64,000 nucleotides of DNA from Isurus oxyrinchus (GCA_026770705.1 JANJGN010000007.1:34162001-34226000); one strand, 5' to 3'; positions 12,851-24,649 are shown, numbered from the stretch's first letter. A program made the numbers and translations. Notes: generated by a model from the sequence alone, not told the origin.

Positions 12851-14099
12851 AGGGCACTTAACAAGCAAATCAGCACTAGCCCACAATATTTCCAAAAGCC
12901 ACTAAATTAGGAAGATGCAGTTGAAGGATTTGTCTCAATTATTATACGAAAAGGCAATTTTAATTTCACACTGAAATGCAGAGTGCTGCCCACATTGCGA
13001 GAAAGAATGAGCCCCACCATACGTTGTACAGTGAGGGGAATAAAATGAGCAGGAACTTTGAAAAAAGACCCAGGAGTGACAATAAAGGGTCATTTTCAGG
13101 GTGTATTCGCACTGAAGTTTAACATCAGTGTGAAGCAATTTTAGCTTTTTCACGAACACAATACTGACAATGTAAATCCAGAGTCTGGGACAGACCAACT
13201 CTGGAGTGAGACCTCCCAAAGGTGTGAATAATTTCACACTGGTTTAGTTGGACTGTGCATGGAGTGTAAATCCAGCATAGCCCCCACATCTGTTATGCAA
13301 AATGCTTCGGAGCATACTTCCTGTACAGTTTGCAAACCTTCCTGACTTTAATTTAATTGTTGAGAAAGTAGAGATTCTATAGCCCTGTTTCGTAAACATT
13401 TAAATACCTAACTTTTAGGAGATATTTCTGCCTCTGCATGCATCCAGGTATGTGTAGAAATCTCCTCATTAGGGTATTTAAAGTTCCACCCTACCAGGGG
13501 CCAAGCAGAGTTTTGAATGGCAAGAATCCAAAATGCTACTACTGGTCTCAGCTCCATAAGTGCAATGTAAAAGCACCATCAATGTGAAGAAGCAATTTAA
13601 AAAGTGAAAGTATCGGGTAATGTTAAACTTGCAATGTAAATCTAGAATCAGATGAGCCTTGACTCTGGAGGTGGAAGTATCCCACTATTTGAGTTTGAAA
13701 CATGGTGTCAGTTTTGATTCACAAATTACACTGAGGACAACGCACTCATCCATCTCAATGCCACTACATTCCTACACCCGTCCCTCCCTCTCCTGATGAC
13801 CAATCTTTAAACGTACCTGACAGTAATTAAAATGTTCTAGACACTGGAAATTCTCAGCTCTCCCCTATGTACAGGGCACACTGCAGGGAGTGAAGGCTTG
13901 AATACCTTTGCCTTGATAATAAACTTCACATTGGCCATTGCCCAATCACAATATAAACTGATGCTATGTGATCTTCTGGTCAAGCTAGTTAACAAATTTG
14001 TTGACTAATCATTTAAATTATGAAACTTAAAATAGTTACTACCTTCTCAAAAAAGACAATCAGCAACATTTTTACAATATTTAAAAATGACAGGTCTAA

Positions 14100-14385
14100 C
14101 ATCAGGAAACATTGAGAGATATTAACCAGAACAAAATGAATTGGTACTTAGAAAATGTGGCTTATTAAATGAAAGCCACCACAGATTTGTTAAAAGGTAA
14201 ATCATTTTTGACTTACTTTATTGAGTTCTTTGATAAAGTAACGAAGAGGGTGGATAAGGGTTATGCAGTTGAGTTTACGTATATAGATTTCCAAATATGT
14301 TAAATTATCATGTAATGGACTTGATAAAAACTTGATACCCATGGGATTATAGGGTCAGTGGTGGCATGGGTACAAAATTGTTAAG
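14100..14385 (+). mobile_element. CR1 LINE RT fragment
   Basis: Decayed LINESH..FVKGKSFLT..IEFFDKVT..VD.G.AV..YIDF, i.e. the CR1 QHGF..GRSCLTNL motif. Confidence 0.75.
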
Positions 14386-14553
14386 GCAATTCTCAACTTT
14401 TTTGGGTTGAAAGACCCTTTTCAGATAGATTAGTAATCACAAATCCCATCTAAATTATAATGATATGTAATATGCAGAATATGAAAGTACTGCATGTAAA
14501 GAATGTTTTAATAATGTTTTTAAGAGAACAGGTTATAACTTATATCAAAGATA

Positions 14554-15831
14554 GGCAGCTGGATTTTCAGGGCCAATCTGAAAGTGGGAACAGAGGCAGA
14601 GGCACCACAAAAATGCCAGTGGCAAATAAAATCACTGTTGTCTTGAACCTCTTCACTTCTGGCTCCTTTCAAGGAGCAGCTATGGACCTTAGTGACATCT
14701 CAAAAATTGCTGCATGCCATCACAATTCACTGGTCACTGATGTCATTTTTGCCAAAGCTGACATTTAATGACAGACATAGTCCTGTAGGGTCAGAGGACA
14801 TCAGGTTTCACCTCCATTGCTGGATTGCCTCAGATTCAAAGCATCATCAATGTACCCATGTTGCCATCAAGGCACCCAGTGAGATCCATCAACAGGAAGG
14901 GCTTCCACTCCCTCAGCATTCAACTGGTCTGTGATCACAGCAAGAGCTTCCTCTACGTGTGTGCTCACTTTCCTGGCAGCTGCCATGACTCCTTCATCCT
15001 CCAGCAATCCAGGCTGCCTCAGATCTTCACTCCAACCCCCAAAGTGCATGGATGAACCCTAGGGGACAAGGAATATCCCATGAAGAGATGGCTGATGACT
15101 GCTCTGCTGGAGCCCCAGACAGAGGCACAAAGTCGATACAACCCCAATGCCACCTGCTCAATAGGACAAACATTGAGCAGGACAAGGGCTTCTGAAGATG
15201 AGATTCTGGTGCATGGATCAGCCAAGTGGTGCTCATCAATCTCTTCCTGCAAGAGTCTTGGTCATTGTGGTGGTTTACTGTGCTCTCCATAACATGGCTC
15301 TTCAGACAGTTGTGGACCTTGAGGTCAGTGGGGCCCTGAAAGGAGACAGCTCATCCAGAGAGGAGCAGGAGCAAGAGGAGTGAGATGAGGACGAATTGGA
15401 GACAGATTGGGGAGGGAGGGCAGAGAGGCCTCCTCTTGCCACCCTCCTAGATGAGGACTTTCCTCCTCTCCTTCACAGCAGCCAGCAGTAGATCCAGTAC
15501 AGCACCAGGTGCTGGGCCTCCAACTCTCCTGTGACATCTCACTTTCCTCTAGTGCAGTGAAAGGCTTTGGTGAAAACCACACATCTTTCCCTCAGGACAA
15601 CCAGCAGCTTCAGCAACAGCTGCTGCGGGAATCTAAATGAGTCTCACACTTCATCTGACCCACCTCTATTCCCACCCCCATTGGCTCTAAGTGGACAGGA
15701 AACATGTCTCCATATCAATTAAGGGCTTCCATATGTGAAAATCTAACTACAGCAAGTTTTCAGCAGAGGCAGGATTCTGCCCCAAAAACAGACTGGTTCC
15801 TGTTTCCACCTCTGTGGTGAAAATTCAGCCC
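14554..15831 (+). mobile_element. PIF/Harbinger DNA transposon with disrupted DDE (HARBI1-like) transposase
   Basis: Frameshifted pieces PVANKITVVLNLFTSGSFQ, CTHVAIKAP, NRKGFHSLSIQLVCD, FPGSCHDSFIL, LGDKEYP..WLMT, CALHNMAL; imperfect TIRs ggcagctggattttca / tgaaaattcagccc, each flanked by ATA. Confidence 0.85.
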
Positions 15832-15964
15832 ATAGTGTGCCTGCCTCTCACTGCATAGTCTCTCTGCCCTCAGTCTAATGATTGACAATCACATTCTTCT
15901 CCACTTCAAAACTGGACATATACTTGGCCTTGCAACAACTCTGCTCTTTTCAAAAGCTTGTATT

Positions 15965-16639
15965 TGTGAGATATCCCTTTAAATCCAAAGTGAAACTAAA
16001 GAGTTTTATGGAACAGGGGTATAATTGGATTCCTAGCCATGAGCTTATTAGAATACTGAAAAACTAACCTGACTTCCAGTTGCTAGGGAGATGGAATTCA
16101 GATTAGCAACAAAGCCATGAACTGGCCTGTGATCTAGTTTGCTATGTTAGTGAGAGTAGCTAAAAAATAAAGATGAACATCTGCAGTAGTGCACACAGAA
16201 TTCTTGTGAGGAGAAGAAGCAAATTTCTCTCAGCAAGAGGTCAGTTTTTCTCTAGCAGAACAGGAGACAGGAACTCTTGGAGGCACTGTGCAAGCTGGCG
16301 AAAAAGATCTAAAACCTGGAAAGCTGCATGAATAGCATAGAGATGTGAAAGAGTTGGATGTTTTAACCAGAAGTGGCCAAACCATGAACTGGGGTGTTTC
16401 CAGTTGGGTGGCTGAAAAGGAATTCTGGAAAGTTACACCATCAGGACTGTTCTGACCCAAGGGAGTGAGTGTACCTAGAAATGTGTCTTGCTGATGAAAA
16501 TCATACCCATTAAATTCAGATGTTTGACTGTTACAAAAAAAGTTTTAAAACATGAAATCTTGCCCATCAATACCTTTCATCAGAGTTGTTTGGGAATCCT
16601 TTTCTTTTCTGTTTATTGGTCTCTACGGGAATCGTAATA
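15965..16639 (+). mobile_element. Candidate solo LTR
   Basis: Begins TGT, ends tcgtaata (decayed ..TAACA), flanked by gtatt (15960-15964) and gtctt (16640-16644), a 5-bp TSD with one mismatch. Confidence 0.4.
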
Positions 16640-16959
16640 GTCTTCGTTGCTGCCGTAACATCTCCCTGCACGTCTCTTCCTAGGTGCGATAGTCATACCA
16701 CTCTGCATTGCATATAAGATGGTTACACTCCATCCCCATTTCCTGGTTCACATCAAGCCCTTTCCAGCCACCACTCAACCACTTCCTCTTGACCACGTCG
16801 CTACCCCACCCTGCCCCCACCACCAACCCCAACCACAGCACCTTAGTCAGTCACTTATCGTAAAGCCAGTTCTGCTCAGTAAGCAGCTTCACTTTATTTT
16901 GTGGACCCCTGGAAAGACTTCGCGGGCTGCTATGATCAGCAAACCCCATTTTGAGAAGC

Positions 16960-17790
16960 AGTGAGATAAGGGACAGAAAGCAGAGAGTAGGAGTGAATGA
17001 TTGTTTTTCGGGCTGGAGGGAAATTTGATGAGTGTCCCCCAGGGGTCAGTGTTGGGACCACTGCCCTTTTTGATATATATTAATGACCAGAACTTGGGTA
17101 TGCAGAATATAATTTTGAAGTTTGCAATGACATAATGCTCAGAAATATAGTAAACAGTGAGAGGATAGTAACAGATTTCAGGAGGACATAGACTTGTGAA
17201 ATGGGCAGAAACATGATGGATGAAATTTTAAATGAAGAAGTGTAAATTGATTCGTTTTGATTGGTAGAATGAGGAGGGGCAATATAAAGTTTCCTGGAGG
17301 GTGCAGAGGAGAATTCTAAAACAGTACCAGGGTGGAAAGACCTCAGATACATGAAGAGATTAGTGAAACTGGGCTTGTTCTCCTTTGAGCAGATAAAGTT
17401 AAAGGGAGATTTGACAGAGATGTTCAAAATCTTGAAGGGTCTTGATAGACTAAATATGAACAGACTGTTACCAGTGGCAAAGGATGCAGATTTAAGGTAA
17501 TTGGAAAAAGAAACAGAGGCAACATAAGGTGGAGGGGAGGTGGGGGGGGGGGGGCGGGGGGGAGAAATGTTATGCAACAGGTTGTGATTATCTGGAATGC
17601 CTGGGTGAGGGAAGTAGATTCAGTAATACACCTTTCAAAGGCAATTGGGTGAATGCTTGGAGGAGAAATATTTGCTGGGCAATGGGGAGAGATCAGCTAT
17701 TGGTATTAATTTAATATCTTTTTAAAGGAGCTGACACAGGATGATGAGCCAAATGACCTCCTTCGCTACATCAAACCATGATTCTAACTT
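16960..17790 (+). mobile_element. CR1 LINE 3' portion with 3' UTR
   Basis: VPQGSVLGPL..IYIND, KFA.D, GLFSFE..KLKGDLTEMFKILKGLD motifs; interrupted by a poly-G tract at ~17530-17562. Confidence 0.85.
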
Positions 17791-18286
17791 TAAATTAGTT
17801 AATGAGTGGTGAAAATTAAATATAAATTATGTCTTTCCTATTTGACTGCTGATTACAGGCTCTGATACTTGATCAAACTGTCTCAAAATTAATGGTCCAC
17901 TCACCGCGTCATGAAAGCTATAAATATAATGTTCTGTTCTCTTCGTTTTGAACTCCTCCATCACTTATAAATTGGCTTAGTTTGCATCATGCTCTGTAAG
18001 TTAAAATAAATAAAATTCACCCTTTTAGCCAAAACTGTTAAATATGTGTCCTGGACTCTATACCAACAGTTACTACCATATCACATTAAAGATTATAATG
18101 TAACCAAATGCATCAGAGATCGCTATCCAGTCCCTTCTTAAGAACAATAACAATAAATTCTACATGTTATTAGTTTATTCCAATAGATAGATCCTAGTTT
18201 CCAAACAGAACATAGACATTTATGGAAACATGAGAATGTGATTTCTGAAAGCCAACCAGTCAAGGTTGAATAACTTATTTATTTTA

Positions 18287-18444
18287 TAAAAACAAAAAAA
18301 CTGCGGATGCTGGAAATCCAAAACAAAAACAAAAACAGAGCAGGACAGTTCTGTCGAAGGGTCATGAGGACTCGAAACGTCAATTCTTTTCTTCTCCACC
18401 GATGCTGCCAGACCTGCTGAGTTTTTCCAGGAAATTCTGTTTTT
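18287..18444. mobile_element. Miniature Penelope-like insertion (inverted tail plus hammerhead motif)
   Basis: Near-identical to 21634-21769; flanked by ttatttatttta at 18275-18286 and 18443-18454 (TSD). Confidence 0.85.
18347..18385 (+). ncRNA. Minimal type I hammerhead ribozyme motif
   Basis: agtt-CTGTCGA-a-gggtc-atgag-gactc-GAAAC-GTC-aatt. Confidence 0.65.
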
Positions 18445-19770
18445 ATTTATTTTACATTAGTTCAAGGGTTTCTTTTTTCTCTAATTTTCCTCCCTTTTCT
18501 TCTCTGCTTTCCTGAATCCAATGACTGTGATTTGCTCCACAGGCAAAGCAATTATTGAATACCTTCCCAATGGACCACACTTCTTGTGTAAGCTGAACAG
18601 TGAGGGGGTATTTTCCTAGCAGGAAACAGGTAGGCTTGGGTTAAGTCTCCAGTTTTTATACCCTGGACAATTTTACTCCCCATGAAAATCAATGGAAAGT
18701 AAAATCAGGCTGGCTGTAAAAAAAGGCCAAACTGCCCAGGCCCAATAAATTAAGTTATAATTGATGCCTGAATGGCAGCAGGTTATTTTTTTTCAAGGGA
18801 AAGTGAAATATCAGTTATTTTTTCTCACAGCACTGATTTGACATCGCAATCACAGTGGTTACTAATTGTAATCAGGCTGACCTTTTCCACTCCTTAAAAT
18901 GAGGATATCAAGACCAATGTTAGCTCCTCCAAGACTGTTCTGGATTAATATTCATTAGCTCAGTCTAAACCAGAGATCAAACCTGGAGCAGGTATGATTG
19001 TGTGGCTTATTCTGGTGGTTTCATTTCATTGAAATTCAGGGGCCAGGAAGAGGGACATGTTTTTGGAAGTTTATTGGAGGTGTGTGTGAAAGTGCAAATG
19101 TAAGTGATTGAAATTTTCTTTATGGTAATTCATTATGTATGCAGCAATATATATTATTTTATTCTACTTGATTCTATTCTGGGGCCATATTTTAATGGGT
19201 AAGTTAAGGATTCATCCAGTTATGGAGACTGATATTGCATCAATTTAAATGCCATGGTTCTAGCTGAAATAACTAATTGCAAGAACAATAGAATAACTAT
19301 TATATACAAGATTACCTCTCCGTGTCAAAAGAGACATTCACTTCTTAGGAAAAGCATTTGTAGAATTATCAAAAGTTAACTTACTAAATAGTTGTGTATT
19401 AAATATGGCCGACAGTTTAGTTCTGCAAGTGTATTAACTAAACATTCATAATCAGTAGAATTGTTTGAAGATTTTAAAATTAATTAACTCTTTTTAAATA
19501 CAGTGATGGGTAGCCTTATAATTAAAATAGAGAGTTAGAAATCTACCTGGATGGCTTTGTCATGAACTTGAATCATGGCCTTGAATGAAAATGTTCCTCT
19601 CTAACTGAATAGATTTTGTTATTTCCGAAGCAGACCACAAGGTGGAGAAATGCAAGAAAGCAGAGTGCTTCATCTTACATGGGGGAGGTGAGTAAAACAA
19701 TCACCTAAGAGAAAAACAGAATTACCTGGAAAAACTCAGCAGGTCTGGCAGCATCGGCGGAGAAGAAAAG

Positions 19771-19809
19771 AGTTGACGTTTCAAGTCCTCATGACCCTTC
19801 GACAGAACT
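19771..19809 (-). ncRNA. Minimal type I hammerhead ribozyme motif (left arm)
   Basis: Reverse complement: agtt-CTGTCGA-a-gggtc-atgag-gactt-GAAAC-GTC-aact. Confidence 0.65.
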
Positions 19810-20212
19810 TGATTTCGAGTCCAAGAAAGAGTTGAAATATAAGCTGGTTTAAGGTGTGTGTGGGGGGGGGGGGGGGGGGGCGGAGAGATAGAGGGAGAGA
19901 GAGAGTTGGTTGTGTAGACAAACAAGCAGTGATAGAAGCAGATCATCAAAAGATGTCAGCGACAATGGTACAAAAGAACACATAGGTGTTAAAGTTAAAG
20001 TTGGTGATATTATCTAAATGAATGTGCTAATTAAGAATGGATGGTAGGGCACTCAAGGTACAGCTCTAGTGGGGGTGGGGGGGAGCATAAAAGATTTTAA
20101 AATATTTAAAAATAATGGAAATAGGTGGGAAAAGAAAAATCTATATAATTTATAGGGAAAAAAAAAGGAAAAAGGGGGGAAACAGAAAGGGGGTGGGGAT
20201 GGGGGAGGGAGC

Positions 20213-20890
20213 TCACGACCTAAAGTTGTTGAATTCAATATTCAGACCGGAAGGCTGTAAGGTGCCTAGTCGGAAGATGAGGTGTTGTTCCTCCAGTTTG
20301 CGTTGGGCTTCACTGGAACAATGCAGCAAGCCAAGGACAGACATGTGGGCAAGAGAGCAGGGTGGAGTGTTAAAATGGCAAGCGACAGGGAGGTTTGGGT
20401 CATTCTTGCGGACAGACCGCAGGTGTTCTGCAAAGCGGTCGCCCAGTTTACGTTTGGTCTCTCCAATGTAGAGGAGACCACATTGGGAGCAACGAATGCA
20501 GTAGACTAAGTTGGGGGAAATGCAAGTGAAATGCTGCTTCACTTGAAAGGAGTGTTTGGGCCCTTGGACGGTGAGGAGAGAGGAAGTGAAGGGGCAGGTG
20601 TTACATCTTTTGCGTGGGCATGGGGTGGTGCCATAGGAGGGGGTTGAGGAGTAGGGGGTGATGGAGGAGTGGACCAGGATGTCCCGGAGGGAGCGATCCC
20701 TACGGAATGCTGATAAGGGGGGTGAAGGGAAGATGTGTTTGGTGGTGGCATCATGCTGGAGTTGGCGGAAATGGCGGAGGATGATCCTTTGAATGCGGAG
20801 GCTGGTGGGGTGATAAGTGAGGACAAGGGGGACCCTATCATGTTTCTTGGAGGGAGGAGAAGGCGTGAGGGCGGATGCGCGGGAGATGGT
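20213..20890 (-). CDS. PLE ORF C-terminal fragment: RT thumb/linker, Cys-rich linker, GIY-YIG endonuclease
   Basis: RVPLVLTYHP...AFRRDRSLRDILV, CPRKRCNTC, NLVYCIRCSQCGLLYIGETKRKLGDRFAEH, ..LQPSGLN; open frame without stops but 5'-truncated. Confidence 0.85.
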   Translation of the reverse strand, partial: TISRASALTPSPPSKKHDRVPLVLTYHPTSLRIQRIILRHFRQLQHDATTKHIFPSPPLSAFRRDRSLRDILVHSSITPYSSTPSYGTTPCPRKRCNTCPFTSSLLTVQGPKHSFQVKQHFTCISPNLVYCIRCSQCGLLYIGETKRKLGDRFAEHLRSVRKNDPNLPVACHFNTPPCSLAHMSVLGLLHCSSEAQRKLEEQHLIFRLGTLQPSGLNIEFNNFRS

Positions 20891-21245
20891 CCAAGGACAC
20901 AAACACTGCTTTCAAGTGAAGCAGCATTTCACTTGCATTTCCCCCAACTTAGTCTACTGCATTCGTTGCTCCCAATGTGGTCTCCTCTACATTGGAGAGA
21001 CCAAACGTAAACTGGGCGACCGCTTTGCAGAACACCTGCGGTCTGTCCGCAAGAATGACCCAAACCTCCCTGTCGCTTGCCATTTTAACACTCCACCCTG
21101 CTCTCTTGCCCACATGTCTGTCCTTGGCTTGCTGCATTGTTCCAGTGAAGCCCAACGCAAACTGGAGGAACAACACCTCATCTTCCGACTAGGCACCTTA
21201 CAGCCTTCCGGTCTGAATATTGAATTCAACAACTTTAGGTCGTGA
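20889..21245 (+). CDS. Second copy of the GIY-YIG endonuclease domain (right arm)
   Basis: FQVKQHFTCISPNLVYCIRCSQCGLLYIGET...GLNIEFNNFRS identical to the left-arm translation. Confidence 0.8.
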   Translation, partial: VQGHKHCFQVKQHFTCISPNLVYCIRCSQCGLLYIGETKRKLGDRFAEHLRSVRKNDPNLPVACHFNTPPCSLAHMSVLGLLHCSSEAQRKLEEQHLIFRLGTLQPSGLNIEFNNFRS

Positions 21246-21633
21246 GCTCCCTCCCCCATCCCCACCCCCTTTCTGTTTCCCCCTTTTTCCTTTTTCTTTC
21301 CCTATAAATTATATAGATTTTTCTTTTCCCACCTATTTCCATTATTTTTAAATATTTTAAAATCTTTTATGCTCCCCCCACCCCCACTAGAGCTGTACCT
21401 TGAGTGCCCTACCATCCATTCTTAATTAGCACATTCGTTTAGATAATATCACCAACTTTAACTTTAACACCTATGTGTTCTTTTGTACCATTGTCGCTGA
21501 CATCTTTTGATGATCTGCTTCTATCACTGCTTGTTTGTCTACACAACCACCTCTCTCTCTCTCTATCTCTCCGCCCCCCACACACACACCTTAAACCAGC
21601 TTATATTTCAACTCTTTCTTGGACTCGAAATCA

Positions 21634-21672
21634 AGTTCTGTCGAAGAGTCATGAGGACTCGAAACGTCAACT
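21634..21672 (+). ncRNA. Minimal type I hammerhead ribozyme motif (right arm)
   Basis: agtt-CTGTCGA-a-gagtc-atgag-gactc-GAAAC-GTC-aact; stem I agtt/aact, stem II gagtc/gactc, predicted cleavage after GUC at 21668. Confidence 0.7.
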
Positions 21673-23237
21673 CTTTTCTTCTCCGCCGATGCTGCCAGAC
21701 CTGCTGAGTTTTTCCAGGTAATTCTGTTTTTGTTTTGGATTTCCAGCATCCGCAGTTTTTTTTTGTTTTAATCACCTAAGAGGATCACCTTCTCCAGCCA
21801 AGTTTATCCAGTCATTCTCAGCTAAAAGAATAAAGCAGCACATAATGGCAGATGGGTCAATGAGAAGAAGTGTGTACATATAGAGAATAACATATCTTTA
21901 ATAACAATCTGTTATTGAGAACCCTAGGTTACAATTAAAGCGGTTCAGAGTGATTAGAGCAAAAATCAATTTTGGCTTTGCTCCAATGCCATTGACATAG
22001 GTGATAACCTGAAATTTTACTGTCCCGACCCCACCCCAACACTGGACACAGCAGTGCACCCAAAGTGCAGTGTTTCTGTCCAGGTCAAGAGGTACTGCTG
22101 TTTCTTGTCCTGAACAATCAACATGGCTGGGCCTTAGATCAAAAAAATGACACAATTTTAAACACATCAGAACACCAAAATTGTGGCCTTTTAGTTACTG
22201 ATGGGTGCGAGCAGGTAGGAGGCTATAATTGCATTCAAACATTCTGGGAGGAAGTGTAAAATCAGTTTGCTGATCTGTGTGTACTGCCTTCAGACCCCAT
22301 GCACCAATAGAGTTCCTGGGGCAGACAAAGTGCTAGAGGAATTGGCCTCACCTCTCCCCACCTGAAGGGAAACTCCAGTTATCCCAGGGCATTGTGAAAG
22401 AAAGGAGAGTCAGCGAGTAGGTGTTTGCCACTTTTTTCTGAGTTTGCACCCAGAGAAATGGAAATTTCCCAGGGGCAAAGGTCAGAAAAGTAGGCACTTG
22501 CATTTTTTGCCAATTTTAATGACTCTGGTCATTGTTATCAATCAGATTATACATTTTTCTATTTTATCTTTCACACTAATTTCTGGTATCACTAGTCTAC
22601 CTTCAACATCTTACATGTAAATACTGAAAACACTGATAGCTAAAGACAGAAAATATTTTCCTAATCCTAAAGCAGTTGTAACTTGTACAGTGTGGAAATC
22701 TGTGTGGAAACCAATTATAGGAAGTCTTACCTAATGTCAGTGACATCAAATTTATAAGATTTCCTAGGATCACTGATTCCAGTAAAATCACAAACATGCT
22801 CTGAAAAAATGCTTTCATGACTTTTCTAGAAGTAGCAGTCAGATTCAATCTTCTTACTAGGCTTATGATGGTATGTGCTCTTCATCAGCACTCCTTTGTT
22901 CACTGAGAGTGCATACCAGGAATCCATACACGTGCCACCATGATTTTCTGTTCTCAACCCCCAACTCTACATTTAATGAGCAGAAAAAACAGGGTTTATG
23001 CATCTGGATTCTCAAATGTGCTCCATGTGCACAAAGCTGTGTTCTGGCTGCACTGAAGATGAACATTTACCCCAATGTCAGCAACATGCTAACCCAAAAA
23101 TGGTGAATTGCACATTCCAGACATTTTCTGTCATCTTTGGGGGGAGGGTTAAATGGTTACAGGGTAACTTCAACATCAGAGAAAATAAATTGGCACTATG
23201 TCAAATATCTTTTTTCAATCATATTTTGATTGTTTTA

Positions 23238-23412
23238 GTGAAGATTTTGAGAAATATGGTGCTACTTATGCATCAACGTACAAGTTAACAAAACAAACTT
23301 GTTGTAATTCCAAGAACACTATAAAGTTGATAGTTCTTGGAATTACAACAAATGTGTTTTGTTAACTTGTAAGCTGATGCATAAATAGCACTGCTTTTCT
23401 CAAAATCTTCAC
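23238..23412. repeat. 80-bp-arm inverted repeat (hairpin) with 15-nt loop
   Basis: 23238-23317 vs reverse complement of 23333-23412: 9 mismatches in 80, no gaps. Confidence 0.9.
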
Positions 23413-24649
23413 AATGCAACACTATAAAGTCAAATGTGTTCCATTATTTTATAACTCATCTTTTAAAATTGCTGACAAATTAACATTGTTGACATTCTGT
23501 GAATAAAGGAATGGTGTAGTCCATCAACAGTACAACCTGGGCCTCAAACACAATTTTCTGTATTTCGGACTCAGTTATAATATCAGGTGAGGAGCTGATT
23601 TGAGAACAGCTGCATCTTCATAGAGAGGAAATGTCTCAGCAGATTACTGTCACAAAAGCATATAATATAAGAAAAATGAAGTATGGACTTAAAGGCTTAA
23701 AGACAAACAAAGCAATTCTATAAACGATGTTGGAAAAAAGGGAAGCATGTTTTAAATACTGAAAAAAATGCATTTTCAGTAGATTAATTATCTATTTCCT
23801 CATTACCTAACAATGAAATTACAAAATAAATAACTATCATGGGTGTATTACTTTAACTTAGAATTCGCCAGTGCTGCAAAACAAAACAGAACTAGATGCA
23901 AAATAATAGTCAGTATGTCATTTGTAATTTATGTCTCACTCTCAACACTTATCCTTATCCAAATATAGAGATCTTAAAGTTCAAAATATTTCAGTCATAT
24001 AAATATTATCTGTAAACTGGTGTTTGTGATGATTTGACTGTGAGTCAGGCAACCTTTTGTCCATATCGTTCACATGTTGCCTAGAGATTACCTTGATTGA
24101 GAGCAGGCCTTTGTTTACTGGTTCAGCAAACTGCAAGTGAAGTTTTAACTTAAACTATGAGCTGGATGCTGCAATCAACAGCAAAGCGATGGCACTCACT
24201 GCTGATGTCGAAGAAAGCTACCCACCATATTAAATTGGCTCTGGTAGATACTGGAGCTTGAACGGCTTTTATATTGGCACTAAGTTTGAATTCCAAAGGA
24301 CTGATGACTATGTGATTAGTCCTTAAGTTTATACAAGTAAATCCAACTGTCTTATCCCAGCAGCAAAACCATTGATCCAGGAGAAACTGGATGATGTGGC
24401 CTGTTTGATTTGGTAATATAAATTATAAGAGCAGACTCACAGATGTTGATCTCCGAGATTCTGAATTAAACAAATGCCAGTGCAAAAGTGGCTCTTAAGA
24501 AATTGTACTGAGATACCACTGGTAACAGATTTCTGTAGTTTAGCACATTCCTTAACAACTTATTTTCAGCAAATATTGCTAACCCTGACATTCTCCATAT
24601 TCTTAACAATGCTACTTTTAAATTGGATCCAGGGAGACAAATAAGGACA

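Larger units (their letters stand above)
19712..21769. mobile_element. Penelope-like retroelement (Neptune-type), 5'-truncated, arranged as an inverted repeat
   Basis: ~850-bp near-identical inverted arms (19712-20569 and 20889-21731); GIY-YIG ORF in both; 13-bp TSD aatcacctaagag at 19699-19711 and 21770-21782. Confidence 0.95.

Noticed and set aside
14611-15383. Possible domesticated HARBI1 gene
   Set aside because: Multiple frameshifts and stops and bounded by TIRs, so a dead transposon
20115-21265. Several additional ORFs duplicated on both strands
   Set aside because: Antisense or alternative frames of the GIY-YIG region, duplicated only because of the inverted repeat
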